From Callorhinchus milii (lineage: Eukaryota): 64,000 nucleotides of DNA. The stretch spans positions 63,676,001 through 63,740,000 of the forward strand of contig NW_024704742.1 of the NCBI RefSeq assembly GCF_018977255.1. Reading direction: 5' to 3'. Position 1 is the first letter of the stretch. The number at the start of each line of letters is the position of its first letter. The position numbers were made by a program, and so were the translations under genes. This document shows positions 47,738 through 61,269 of this stretch, piece by piece. The notes below the pieces were generated by a model. That model did not search any database. It was given only the letters and a program-made list of their open reading frames with translations, and was not told the origin of the DNA.

Positions 47738-48455
47738 TACAATAACTTACATTTATAACACTCTTCACGTGAGAAGCGTTCAGAGTGCTTAATAGTGGTG
47801 TGATTTGACAGCAAACTGGAAAGGTGACGGAAGGCACGGTGGAAAGGGAAAGTCTTCAGTGTGATTTGAAGACGGGTAAAGGGGTTAAGAAGGAGGGATA
47901 TAGGCAAGTAGTCCCAGATACTTGGGGCATTGCGGCATTGTAGCTTCTCCCTGCACAAACTGCAAACCATCCAGAATTCAGTAGCTCATGTCTTCTCCTG
48001 CATCAGGTTCTACGAGTCCATTAGCCCGTCCACGGCTCCCCATTCCTTGAATTCAAGATTCTTACTCTCACTTTCAAATACTTTGTGCTCTTCTGCGACC
48101 CTACTTGCCCTCCACTCATCAAACACTGGCTAGCACATCTTCGTGACGAGAAAGACTCTACACAAAATAAAACTTGTTTTTGGTGTAGCTTTATGTCACC
48201 TGCCTACTCTGCCCCACCAATGGTGACTGAGCTTTCAGCTATTCTGCTCCCACTTTCTGGAACTCCATCCTGGAGTCCCTCCACTTTAGCCCCTCCCTCC
48301 CTACCTTCAAAACACGAATCAAGATCTATCTCTTTGAATGTGTTTTCAGCCTCGTTTTCTCCCCCTCTCAGCTCCCTCCCACCTCAGGCTTCAGTTGTGT
48401 GAAGCATTTTAAGATGTCCTCTTGATGTGAAAGATCCTATGTAAATTGTTGTGGT
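47738..48455. mobile_element. Two degraded L2 3' fragments in opposite orientation (- strand ~47738-47930, + strand ~47940-48455)
   Basis: Tail remnants at both outer ends; the LHKLQTIQNSVAHV peptide on the + strand. Confidence 0.6.
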
Positions 48456-49539
48456 TAAGGACACCTAAATGTAATGAAGTTAAACTATAACCATCTGTTT
48501 TGTACATCTAAAAAAGAAAATAATGGGCTGAGAGAGCAGGTGTCTATACTTATTTGTGTCACTCGAAGGGTTAATACATTTCCATAAATTGGATCCGCAT
48601 TGAAATTTACTTGAGAATTGTACCTTCAAGTAATACACAATGAGATACCACCTGTTAATCTTCCGACTACCATCTGCGACTTAAGATTTTTATTGACTTG
48701 GGGGGGGGTGTACAATGTACTGGGATGTTAACTATTTTCAGTTGTAAAGAAGCTTAAATCTTTTAAGATTTGACTCTTGTGGAATGTGGGAGTGACTAGT
48801 TGTAAATTGAGGAGAGGCAGATGGTGGACCATTGGAAGTTAATACCAGGGATAACTGAAAGAAATTCTTTGAAGGAGAATGTTAATCAGAAATGAATCAA
48901 ATGAAGTTTTGTGCCTGTGAAGGGCTTAGATTCAGCAGGAATTTTATGTTGAATCCGTCCAAAGGGTGGGAACAACTATATTCTGTTTTAATAATTGGCA
49001 GCTTATGAAAAATCAGTTTCTGCTAACTAGGTATAGTTTTGGTGGGCAGCAGAAACCCATTGTGTTACTTTACCATCAGAAATATCGAACAACCTATTTC
49101 AATAAACAGTATGTGCTCACTGTTATAGTTTATTACACTATATTTTATAGAGACCTGTGATTCTCGCTCTGTTTGCTCTTTTCATAAAGTTCACTCTAGC
49201 AGTGCAATTAGTTTTTGTCAGCATTTTCCAGTTCAACTGTCATCAAAACATCTTTGGCTCCTCCAATGACTTGGTGTTGCCATATCGACCTGTCTGCTTG
49301 CCATATTGACCCGTCCGCTCCTTCCGCTCAGCAGGCTCCGACTCCATGTCCTCCGCTCCACCATCGGTGGTCGAGCCTTCATCCCACAGCCCTGCAAGAG
49401 TCAAATGTAATTTGTTGTTGTTGTGTAGCACCAAACCACAGAGATAAGAGATTACTGGTTTCACTGATCTGTTTACTTTGCTAATCATGACCAGCCCAGC
49501 AGTTGGAGAATTCTATTCGCTCCATGGGCTAGAGAGGGC

Positions 49540-50512
49540 AGACATGGGGTCAACTTCCATATGTATGTGGATGAGACCCAACTCTTATCTTTCTGCCTCC
49601 ACCCTCAACTCCAGGACCACTGCTGTCCTGACAGACTGTCTGTCGGACATCAAGTCCTGGATGAGGGCAAATCTCCTACAGTTGAATGTGAACAAGACTG
49701 AGGCCCTCCTGATTGGCTCACGCCAGCGCCTCAGCACCTCAGGCTCTGGCAGCATCAACCTCCATGGTTGCACACTACAACTCACTGCCAGTCAGGAACC
49801 GAGATGTCTTGTACGACCCTCAAATGTCTGTTCTTCCCCACATCCAAGCCATGACCTGCTCTGCCTTCCCTCACCTCCGTAACATCGCCCAACTCCGCCA
49901 CTACCTCACCCCTCAGGCCGCTGAAACTCTTGCCTTCATCACCTCCAGGCTCGACTATGCAAATGTCCTGCTTGTCGGCCTTCCCAACTCCTCCTCCACA
50001 GGCTGCAGATAATCCAGAACTCTGCAGCCCGTGTCCTCTCCCGCACCAAACTCCGTGACCCCATCTCCCCCACTCTCGCCCGACTCCATTGGCTCCCTAT
50101 CCTTCAGAGGATCCAATTCAAAATCCTGGTCCTCACCAACAAAGCCCTCAGTGGTCTCGTCCCACCCTACCTCTGCGACCTCCTAACCCCCTACCAATCA
50201 GCCCGCTCCCTCCGCTCAGCCGGCTCTGACCTGCTCCACGTCCCCCAACCCACCCGCCCCACCATTGGCAGGAGAGCCTTCAGCCACTCTGCCCCCAACC
50301 TCTGGAACTCCATCCCCCAATCACTCCACCTCGCCCCCTCCTTAACCTCCTTCAAGTCCTGCCTCCTCTTCGACCATGCCATCGGTCACCCCCCTTCCCG
50401 TCCCTCCCCCTCCCCCCAACCCCAGCTCAGGTCTGAAATGCTGTACGCTGTCCAGCGCCTTGGGATGTTCTCCTGACATGAAAGGCGCTATACAAATGTA
50501 ATCTTGTTGTTA
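49540..50512 (+). mobile_element. L2 LINE 3' fragment
   Basis: [27 protein letters not shown] and FITSRLDYANVLL peptides; terminal stem-loop and TTGTTGTT. Confidence 0.92.
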
Positions 50513-53500
50513 TTTTATTAAGATCCCTGCTGCAATGTTTGTGTGTGAATTTCAGGGTGAAAATCTGATTGGGTTCCTCAGGTGAATGGACCTCCCTGTC
50601 GAAATCTCTCCGCTCTATCCTCTCTTTATCTATCTTCAAATCACAGTTGAAGACTGCGCTGATGATCACCTTCCCATTTCTCCCTGGCTCGGCATCAAAG
50701 TCCACCGTTGTTCAGTGCTCCGAATTGCTACCCCATTTGAAGGGCAATATATAAATGCAAGTTGCTGTGGATGATGTCCACTGTGGGCAACGAACCTGCC
50801 AAATCTTTGTCATGACCCACATATCAGCATTGCTAAACTCTTTTTAAAAACCCAGTGTTTGCTGCCACACACAGAAAAAGGGTTGAAAATTTATTCAAGC
50901 TCTTTCTTCCTCTAGTGGCATTACTGGAAGGCTGGATAGATAGACATCGCGTACATTTCCTTAAGTATGCAGTTTGCCAAGGTTCAAAACATGCATTGCT
51001 AGAGATGCCAAGCAAAGATCTGGAAATTTAGAAATGCTACTGCAAAATTACCTGTTTTATTTGAAAAGAAACCGGTAGAATGTCTTCTACAGAAAGTCTC
51101 TCAGTCTTTCACTCTTGTAATTTGTCATTTGAATTGAATAACTGATTTGCAATTGATTTCTACCATTCTCTGTAAAACAGCGTACAGTTCTACCATTATC
51201 TCTCAGCACCTACACAACATGTGCAAGGTTTGCACATTTCAGCTTCTTTCTCTGCAGTATTGGAACAGTTTGCTATTCCCAGGCTCTCCACATGGTAAAC
51301 GTATGCTTATCTTTTTTACAAGAATGATAACTTGAGGGATTTGAAACCCCCGTGCTGACCTACTTTACACAGTTTTGAACTCAATTGGTATTTTACATTT
51401 ACATTTTCTTTGAATCTGTAAAACCAAACAGACTTCAAAACGTTTTGATGTATTTATAATGTGGTTAGGAGTGCTCTTAATTTTTATTTTATACTAATGT
51501 ATATCTGAGTCTAGGTTTGTATTTGAATTGAAACATGGTATTCCCTCTAAAGAAGTTGAACAGCAAGACCCCTCATGTCAATAGCGAAGAGAACTGTGGA
51601 TGGGCATTCTTGTTAGATTCATTGTAGCTTTAATAATAAAAATAATAATCCTTGCATTTGATATAGTGCCTTATCACGTCTTATCTCTTATCTCAGTTAT
51701 GTACTGGACGTCAAGTCTGAAATGTTTAGTTGAAGCATATTCAGCCTGTTTTGTTGTGTGTAATCAAGCTTGGCAATAGGACAGCCAAAACAAAATGTTT
51801 TATCTCAGCGGATTGCAAAATACGCTTTCTCTCTCCTTCACGAGCTAACTCCAGAATGAATGAATATTGGGTTGGAAATATGATTCATTCTGGAAATTTT
51901 AAAGCTAGCGAACACCTCAGCTATTATTGACAAAGTGTAAAGTATAAATGTAATTATAATTGTCACATAAGATAGAAATTGTCATTGCATTGGAAGATTA
52001 TCTATTCATGATATTGAGTGAAAATGATCCTTAAAGCAGTGATCCTCAACAGATTTGATCTTTCCACCTTTTCTTTGCCTTGAATGAGACAGGCCAAACC
52101 GTGATGAGTATTTATATATTGTATTTATACTTTGGACTCATTCCATTGTTACTGTTTGATACACAGACCAGTATGGAGTACATATTTTCTTTGTGTGGAA
52201 GCTAGCTAATCAAATACAAGGATTATTCTAGTTTACGTTGGGGTTTCATTTCGGTTTTAAAATGATGTAGAGAAGTGATAATTGCTGAAATCTGACACTT
52301 TCTTTAAAAATTGCTAATTGGTGATTTGTGATAACTTAGGCAGGTGTAGTCTTTGGCTGGTCGCTCCTGGTGCATTTGCCAACATAGTAAGATTTGCGTT
52401 AATTCTAATTAATCTTTCTTTGTTTTAGTGCTTTGAGGTATTTGTTTTACTTGAAAGGTGCTACATGAAAGGTGATATACGTCATTTAAAATAAATTCAC
52501 ATTCAACAGGATGATGAAGTAAGCAGGTGAAACTCCTTTCAAACTGTGGGTCCTGAATTTCTATTTATAATATTAAATGCTCCCAAACTTCTGAATTTTG
52601 AAAAGGTGCGTTTTCTATAATTAAAACCTTTAAATAGGCCGATTACTCCTTTTGTATCCTGGCATCATTTTACCTGAGATTAAGCTTTTTTTTAGATCAA
52701 CTATCATGAGAGCTGTTCCGAATTTAGTCACGCAGCCTAATATTCTGACTGTTGTGATGAATTTTCTCCTACTTTCCACCTTGTGAGTTGTCTGAAGCAC
52801 CACAGAGGAGCTTGATTCATTTTGGGAAAATGCAGATAAAAACCTGGAATGATTTTTGGATGTTGCTGTTTGTTTTGCAAACTGAAGGCAAGGCTTAAAC
52901 TAAATTATGCTTGTCATGAGATCATTTAACTGTTGAAGCATATTATCACAGTAATTTGGGTGGCAAATTAATATATACCTCCACTGTGCATTAGTTCAAA
53001 TTAATTAATTAGTTTTAATTAATCAAAGTTTCTTCATGCAGGCAATGAGGAATTTTTTTTTTAAAAAAACTGTGATTTGTTTAGTTTCTGCCTTACTTCA
53101 CTTTTGGGTCTGTTGGCATTTGCCTTCCATGTAGGAGAAAATGAATGTGTGACGTGTTTTCTGCAGCTTGTAGTTTTCAGTTTTTATTTCATTTTAAGGT
53201 TATAAGGACATTTTTGATGTGGTCAGTGTTTAAAGATGTCACTTTCTAATACAGCAATTGAATAAGTATTCAAGACTGAAAAGTATATCAATACCATTGG
53301 AAGCTCAGATTTATTCTCAATTTATTATTTTATTTGTTTCTAAAATTTGCATCCTGTTACGCACAGTATTTTGCTCTGCATGTGACAGCATTTTATTTTG
53401 GTTGCCAAGAGTGGTTTTGTAATTCTCCAAGGAATTAACTTCAAAACACTCCAATCATTGCAAAGAATATTTTGAATCTGCTATACGAGCTGTGATGATC

Positions 53501-53593
53501 GTAATTTTGTTATACCCCCTTGGTTTATAGCTGGAAATTTGATCTTGAAATGGTATTTAAATAAGTACTTTCTTGAAATTTCTCTTAGCTGTG

Positions 53594-53911
53594 GAATCCT
53601 GTAGCTCAGTGGTTAGAGTACTCGCTTTGCAAGCGAGACATCTGGGTTCAATTCCAGGCAGAGGGCGAAACCTTGAGCAAGTTTCCTTACTCCACACACC
53701 TAATAATAATCCCTCCAAAAAAGAAACAAAAACAATAATAAATTGGGCATTTCAATCCACGACTGTTTGTGGGACACTGCAGCGCAATTGGTTGCTGTGT
53801 TTCGCCCACAAATATACAGTCAATTCACTTTACAGTCTATTCTGTGAAGCGCTTTGAGACGTCGAGAAGACGTGAAAAGCGCTATATCAAATGCAAGGAT
53901 TATTATTATTA
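53594..53911 (+). mobile_element. Full-length SINE
   Basis: Head to (TTA)n, loop variant GAGAA. TSD TTAGCTG at 53585-53591 and 53912-53918. Confidence 0.92.
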
Positions 53912-55957
53912 TTAGCTGAACAGTGAAGCTACAGAAAATATTGCAGTTTTGTCATAATCTCTGTTTTTCCAAACCAGATATGACATTAGCTTTATTGGTG
54001 TTCAAGTCCAATTCTTTAAAGGATGGTGTATAGTTCAGTGCTTTCATCATACTGTACAATTTGGGCACTTCTTGGTCATGTGCTGGAATAAGACTGCATG
54101 ACAGTTTAAATTGGATCAGGTTTCTACAAGATCACAGACTGCAGTTTACATCATGCTGGTTTCCCAGAAAATGAATCTGCAGGGGCATTAGTAGAAAACA
54201 GCAGAATTCCCAGCAGGTTAAACTGTGTAATGTCTGTGCTGGCATTACATAGTTGTGTAGCTTCAATTGGCAGAATTGAGCAATGTTACTGGAATATAAT
54301 TGCTAGAATGTTTCATGATTAAAGACATGGCATGTCAACTTGATGAAATCACTCCTGGAAGACTGCAACACATCAATGGATAACAGATTACAATGCTTTC
54401 CTTTACGGGAGATTACATTGCTTAATATTTTAATTCTGCATCATTAACATATCCATTAATGGTTATCATTCAATTAAATGGATAGTTTTATGTCCAAATT
54501 ACTCTGTGTGCAATTGGGGCCATAAATGTGTTCAGCATTTGTATATTGTGTGACATGACATATTTTAGAAAATGTTGCATTATTGCAGTTTTAGAACTGA
54601 TACAGTGAAATTTAGATTGCTGATATTTGTAGTTAGGTGAGTAATATGTGACAAATAGCTATATTATTTTTCTGAATAAAAGGCTCCTGGTGGAAGGCTA
54701 AATTATATAATTATATCGCTCTTCTATTCTCAATGGAGCTTTTACAACACCTTTTGTAAATCTAATGCAATCTTGTAGATAAAATAAGTTTTCTTAGGAT
54801 TGTAGCAAATTCATGAGCAAATTCAAAATAATTATGAGCAAATTCAAGATAATTAGCAAATTCATTTATGATTTATGAGCAAATTCAAGATAATTAGATA
54901 GTTTTGCAATGTAGATTAATCAGTTATTAATGCATTGTGTTGCAGCCCCATGGAGAATAAATCATTTCAAGAAGTTTCTCTGTAAAGAATATTGAAAGTA
55001 AAATAATTTATGCAATATTGGTCTCAAAAATCCCATTTTACCTTTTCAATAATTAAATTAATCCATTTAATTTCTGCTTAACTGAGCAATTACTCAACTG
55101 GTTGGGGAACAGAAATAATCCAAAATGTCAAAGGAATAATGTACTGTGCAGTATGATTTCTTTTTTCCAGAACTCTTAAACTGTTTGGAGTTTAATCTGA
55201 TTAGGCTACATTCTTTAACTGTAATCGTTTGCATAGTGGTGGTTTAAAGATGAACAAAATAAATTGATCTTTTCAACTGTGCCTCAAGCTATATGTAACT
55301 TTCGAGTTTAACAGATCAATACAGAAATCAATCCGAACATTTACTGCAGTTCAGAATTGACAATTGTTTTGTGGCCAACTACAAATTCAGTAAAATAAGG
55401 TTTATGTTTTGATCCATAACTTGGATAAATCTGGAGATTCATTACAGATTTACCTTGTATGAATGTGTATATAATATATAGAACTCATTAAGTTGATCTA
55501 TTTCTGACTTATTTTATTTTACTTTATCCCTGGCTTATGAGGCATTCATAGAAAAATAATTGCCCCATAATGACTGGTTTGAGTCTTGTTAATAATAATC
55601 CTGTATTTGATATTGTGTTCATGATGGTAATGTTTTGAAGCATTTGGTGATGTTCATCATCAGTGGAACTTTCCAAATGCTCAATGGAATTTTTGTTAAT
55701 CCTTGTGTTTGAGGGCAAATGCTGCACTGACCATCTTGAACACAGAGCCAATCAGGGAAGCGTGATGGCCGCTGCCCCTAAGTTAGGAATCATGGCTTGT
55801 CATTGCTCAAGAGAAAACATCGAGGGAATTGTTTGGAAGGTACAAGAGGCATCAGTCCCAATTATTGATGGGAGTTGTGGTGGAGAGTTTTTGATTGGAC
55901 TTTGTCCAATCATGCTCATCTCTCTTCAAGGACAACAAGGTCCCAATGCAGGTCAAG

Positions 55958-56133
55958 TGTTTCGCCCACAAAATGCAGTCACTACACTTTAGAATATATT
56001 CTGTGAATCGCTTTGAGATGCAAAAACAACAACTTGGATTTATATAGCGCCCTCCACGCCGGGCGGGGTCTCGGTGATGTATCAATGATGTGATAAGGTG
56101 CCATATCAAATGCAAGGATTATTTTTTATTATT
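55958..56133 (+). mobile_element. SINE 3' fragment with an antisense L2-tail stub inserted at ~56021-56075
   Basis: ...CTTTGAGATG | CAAAAACAACAACTTGGATTTATATAGCGCCC... | GATGTATCAATGATGTGATAAGGTGCCATATCAAATGCAAGG. Confidence 0.7.
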
Positions 56134-56934
56134 AAGCCCGTGGCGTATAAGAGCTGTGTGCAAATAGTTATCCATCATGGTTTTGAGGTCCTGGCGAAGC
56201 AACGGAGAGGCTTCATCCAGTCCATTTGCAAAGTCCAGTGAGGTTGATTTGTGGCAAACATGGGAAGCAGCTGCAGGGAGGGAGGGCTCTGGCCTAACTG
56301 ACTTGTTGCTGAGCCAGAGCGCACATCTATTTGCCAAAGCCCTCACATGAGGAACTGAGTGAGCAGCTGGTGCTGAGTAAGCCTTGTATTTGGTATCGAA
56401 CTTGGATCTTGAGAATATCAAGGTCAAAATCAGTCGTACTGAACTGTACATCGAGGTGGCTGGCACGTCACAAGCTGACCTTTAAAGGCCCTCCCACCAC
56501 ACTGAAGGCAGAAGCCCGTCATAGCTGATGAGGATGAGGCTTGGTGCAACAGCTGCTGGAAAGTGTTACCTGGAGTCTGATTTTGCGAACTTGCCATTTG
56601 TACATCTACGATTGGAAACCACCTGATTAGGTTGTAGAGAGGTAAGCAACTGCTGCTCAAGCTCTGCACCTCCTACTGGTGAAACCATCACTCAATGGGA
56701 AAGGATGCGTGTCCGAGCAGTGGGCTGGAAGACAGTGGCTCTTGCCAACCTGAACCTAATATTTTCTGGAATTAGGTAAGCAGGATGTGTCTCTCCGGGG
56801 AGAGAGTGTGCATTCCATTCCAATAAATATCTCTGGAATTTCCATATAAAGGTGGGATACATGGAACTCTGGTTTGGATACTCCTAGGCATGGTGATGGG
56901 TTTCTGCATGTGTCAGACTCTTGGCTGACCAAAA

Positions 56935-57205
56935 AAAGTAGCAGCCAATTTGCACACGGCAAGATCAGTTTGTACACATGAAGTGAATCTGGAGGGTTGT
57001 CCTTTAAGACACTGAAAGAAAATCCGTTTAACAAGTAGTGCCAGGGGATCTTTAACATCCAACTGAACAATTAGATGATTCTGAAAATACAATGCTCCCA
57101 AACACTACAGTTTCTGTCTGGACCATAAGTTCATGTTCCAAAATGGGCTTTGACTTCACAAACCTTCTGACTCGGAGGTGAATGCTACCATTTGTACCAA
57201 ACTGA
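56935..57205 (-). mobile_element. Old Deu-SINE
   Basis: GCAGCCAATTTGCACACGGCAAGATC core, GGGATCTTTAACATCC and a head remnant. Confidence 0.65.
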
Positions 57206-57489
57206 TATCCTATGTTTGTATGGGTCAGTTCCAATTTGTGTCAATAGTGTGTTGACAAGTGATATTACAATAACCTGGACTTTTCGCACTATTTCCTCCA
57301 TGATTAAGCATTGCAAATTCTAAAACTACCTCATTTTAGAAAATCTCTACAAAGAAGAAAAGCTTACATTTTCCTGAATTATTTTGCAAAGTTAACATAA
57401 AAGGCACAAAGGAGAAGCTCCAGTAATTGATTTCTTTCGATGTACACTGCAATGAATTGCATCTGAATCCACACCAAGCTCGGAGGAGT

Positions 57490-59313
57490 TGAGCAACAAA
57501 TAGTGGTACCGCTCTGCTCTCGCCTCGACCAAATCGTCCTTCTATTCCAGGTTAATCCTGGAGGTGAAGGGCAACCCCAGGCTCCTGTTCCCCACCACCA
57601 ATCGGCTCCTCCGCCCTCCCCGACACGCCTCGCAGATTCTTTCCTCTGACTCTCACTGCGAGAAAATGCTGGACGTTTTTGACTCCAAAATCAAGGGAAT
57701 CCGCTCAGTTGCCACTACCCTCCCAACTTCCACTCCCTCCCTACCCCCACCCCACACAACTACCCATTCAACAACTACCCACCCTCCTTCCACACCCTTG
57801 AACCTGTCCGCCCCTCCTCTATCTTCACCACCATATTCCCCATGAAGCTCACCACCTGCTCCGTGGAACCCATCCCCACCCCTCTCCTTAAATCCCAGCT
57901 CCACCTCCTTTCCCTATTATTCGCCAACATCATTAACCTCTTCCTGTCATCTGGCACTGTTCCTTCCCCCCTCAAAACAGCCACTATCACCCCCACCTTG
58001 AAGAAACCTTCCCTCGACCCATCACAGCTATTCAGCTACCGGCCCATCTCAAATCTCCCCTTCCTATCCAAGGTCCTTGAGAGAGCCATTGCCTCCCAGC
58101 TTCGCTCTTTCCTCTCACTCCCTCCATGAACCCCTCCAATCGGGTTCCTGTGCTGCCCACAGTACGGAAACTGCTCTGGTCAAGGTCACAAACGACATCC
58201 TGACCATGTGTGACCAGGGCTCCCTCTGCCTCCTCGACCTCTCCACTGCCTTTGATACTGTGGACCACTCAATCCTCCTCCACCACCTCTCTTCCCACCT
58301 CAACTTCAAGGTTCTGTCCTTGACTGGTTCAGGTCCTACCTTTCACACCACCTCCACTTCGTCACAGCAAACGGGTTCTCCTCCAGCCCCCGCACTGTCT
58401 CGTGCGGTGTTCCTCAGGGCCCTGTCCTTGGTCCCCTCCTCTTCACCCTCTACATGCTCCCCCTTTGTGATGTGGATGACACTCAACTCTATCTCTCTGC
58501 CTCCACCCTCAACTCCAGGACTACTGGCTTCCTGACCGACTGCCTGTCCGACATCAAGTCCTGGATGAGGGACAACTTTCTCCAACTCAACGTCAGTGAG
58601 ACCAAGGCCATTCTGATTGGCTCGCGCCAGCGCCTCCGCACCCAGGCGCTGACACCATCAGCCTCCACGGCTGCACACTCAACCTCACGAAGCCAGTCAG
58701 GAACCTGAGTGTCTCAGGCTGCCGAAAGCCTTATCCACGCATTCATCACATCAAGGCTCGATTATGGAAACTCCCTCCTCATTGGCCTTCCCAACTCTTC
58801 CCTTCACAAGCTACAGATCATCCATAACTCTGCAACTCGTGTACTCTCACGCACCAGGCTCCGTGACCCCATAACTCCCACCCTCGCCCGACTCCACTGG
58901 CTCCCCATCCCCCAGAGGATTGAGTTCAAGATCCTCGTCCTCACTTTCAAGGCGATCCATGGCCTTGACCCCTCCTGCCTCTCTGATCTACTGACTCCCT
59001 ACCAACCTGCCCACTCCCTCCGTTCAGCGGACTCCAGTCTGCTCCGTGTCTCCGCCCGACCCTCCCTACCATCGGTGGCCGGGCTTTCAGCCTCTCTGCC
59101 CCCACACTCTGGAACTCCATCCCATGGTCCCTTCGCCTCGCTTCCTCCCTCGCATCCTTCAAGGTCAGTCGCAACACCCTATTCTTCGTTCGTGCCTTTG
59201 GTTGCCCTCCCACCTCTCTGCCTTCCCGTGCTCAGGCTCTGATACCTGACTGTTCAGCAATTTGGGATGTCCTCCTGACGTGAAAGGTGCTCTATAAATG
59301 TAATGTTGTTGTT
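57490..59313 (+). mobile_element. Longest L2 LINE remnant (~1.8 kb of ORF2 with frameshifts and deletions, plus 3' tail)
   Basis: TCSVEPIPTPLLK...[61 protein letters not shown] and IHAFITSRLDYGNSLL. Confidence 0.95.
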
Positions 59314-60770
59314 TGTAACACTTCTGTTTGTTTCACTGCAAATTAGGACAATGTGTAAATGAAAAAATAATTCTTATAAAATGTAGCTTTCTTTGTTATA
59401 AATAGGACTGTATTAATTCCAATATGATTTTTTTAAGATTGTGGATTTATTTTCTATATAAAATTTTCAAATGACAGGGTCAGACTTCTTTTGAATATTA
59501 TTCCTAATTGCTGCTGCAAGCAATTGTATTTCAGTAGTGGCATAAAGCATCGAGGAGAATTAGAACAGATATTTTCGTATGAACTGAGAACTCAAAAGAA
59601 CTGTTCAGACTTCCAAAGTGTCTGAAACTCATCCTGAACATGTTTTTTCCCCTGAACTGTAGATGGTTCAGTTACTAAGTGTGACTCTATTCTTGAGTAA
59701 GCAGGGTGACTCACCCCACAGTAACAGTTGTGCTTCATGAATACGATACTCGTTAAAGCAAACGTTTGTCTCACTTATTGATGGGAATTAGCATTTTGCT
59801 AACCACCAAATAAGTTATTTTTAGAAAAGAGCAGCTGTAAAGAAGAAAATGGGTCTATAACAGGACAAATGTGTTTTGAAGGAGAACAAAAGGGTTGCTT
59901 GTGTAGGTGCCTGAAAGGAAACAAAGTAAATAGCTTGGCAAAGAGCATAAACTGGATGAATTACTGCTCTTGTGCAATGTGAAATATTTGATCAGATTAT
60001 TCAAACTTGCTACATAAGTGAATTATACAGGTGTCGTATTTTTGTTTTATAAAGTGGCTGTATTTTCATCCCCATACTTTCGACTAAGTTTCATGTTTAT
60101 TTTGTTATAATTTGTGTTGGAACTGAAAATTATTTTAAAAAGCTACTTTTTTTGAAAAAAAAAGGATTTACCTTTGATTTGTTGCTAAATGTTAAAAATT
60201 CTTTTGAGGGACTGTTTCCCACGGATGGAACCCTGCCCAGAGCAGCTGGAGTTTAGTTTAAGAGATGGAAACATGTGCAAATCTCTGATAGATCCTAGTG
60301 ATGTGTGATTTTTTTTCACAAGGCATCAATGTGGGAAACAGGTTTATTAAAGGTATTTCATTTCTAGGTATGTCCTAGATTGACCAGGGCCCATAGTGGA
60401 GAAGTTAGATTCTTTTGTTCAATCCTTTTGTATCCTCATCATTTGGTCTCCTTTTCTTTGATTGAATGGTGACCTGCACAGTATTTGCATATCTGATTGC
60501 AAGATTCATCGTCTCCATTGGCATTGTTTTTGAAGACCAATCTCTTCAGTTTGACAACTTGTAGAATTAATGCAGACGGGTCCTTCAGAGTGGATGATTT
60601 CAAACAATAGCATAGCTTAATCTGCTGATTGACCTCTTATCTCAATCCTAAAAAAAATGTTTACTTGTTTTCGACTTGCAATGGCTGACTGGAATAGCTG
60701 AGGTATGATTCATTTTGTGGGTTGGGGCCTATGAGCACAAATTTGTTCCTCTTAAGCAGGATATATATTA

Positions 60771-61269
60771 CAGTAAACTCCGGATAAATCGTCACTTCAA
60801 GGGAAAAGGAACCAGTGACTAATTATCTGATATGACAAGTTAGCCATTGGTCCTCAACTTATCCTTGTAGGTTGCTCTGTCTCTCTCATTCGCTCAGCCA
60901 GTACCCACTCACCACGGATGCACATTTAAGCATGTGCATCCAACCCCCACCGACTTGCCCGCACCAGTCACAGGATAGGGCAGGAGGCTACGGCAAGGTC
61001 CTCCAATAGACCAGAGGGCTGTACATTGGCCTCCTGCCCTATCCTGTGAAGCAAGGCACCATCTTATAGGATGAGTATGTGATCAATTTTACATTGAAAT
61101 ACTTGCAAGAATTTCTACAAATGTGAAGAGTTACTTATTGATTGGAGTGATGAGTAAAGCACTGTCCCTTGTTAATAGTTTATATAGGAAGTGGTCGAAG
61201 TATTGATGACATGAAAGCATAAGAAATAGTGACAGGTTATGCCAGGGTCGAGTTATCTAGAATTTACTG
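60771..61269. mobile_element. Non-autonomous Tc1/mariner-type (Tigger-like) element
   Basis: TA|CAGTAAACTCCGGATAA...TTATCTAGAATTTACTG|TA: 17-bp TIRs with 3 mismatches and TA on both sides. Confidence 0.8.

Noticed and set aside
57490..59313. Possible intact autonomous retrotransposon
   Set aside because: 5'-truncated, with multiple frameshifts, internal deletions and a damaged YADD motif.
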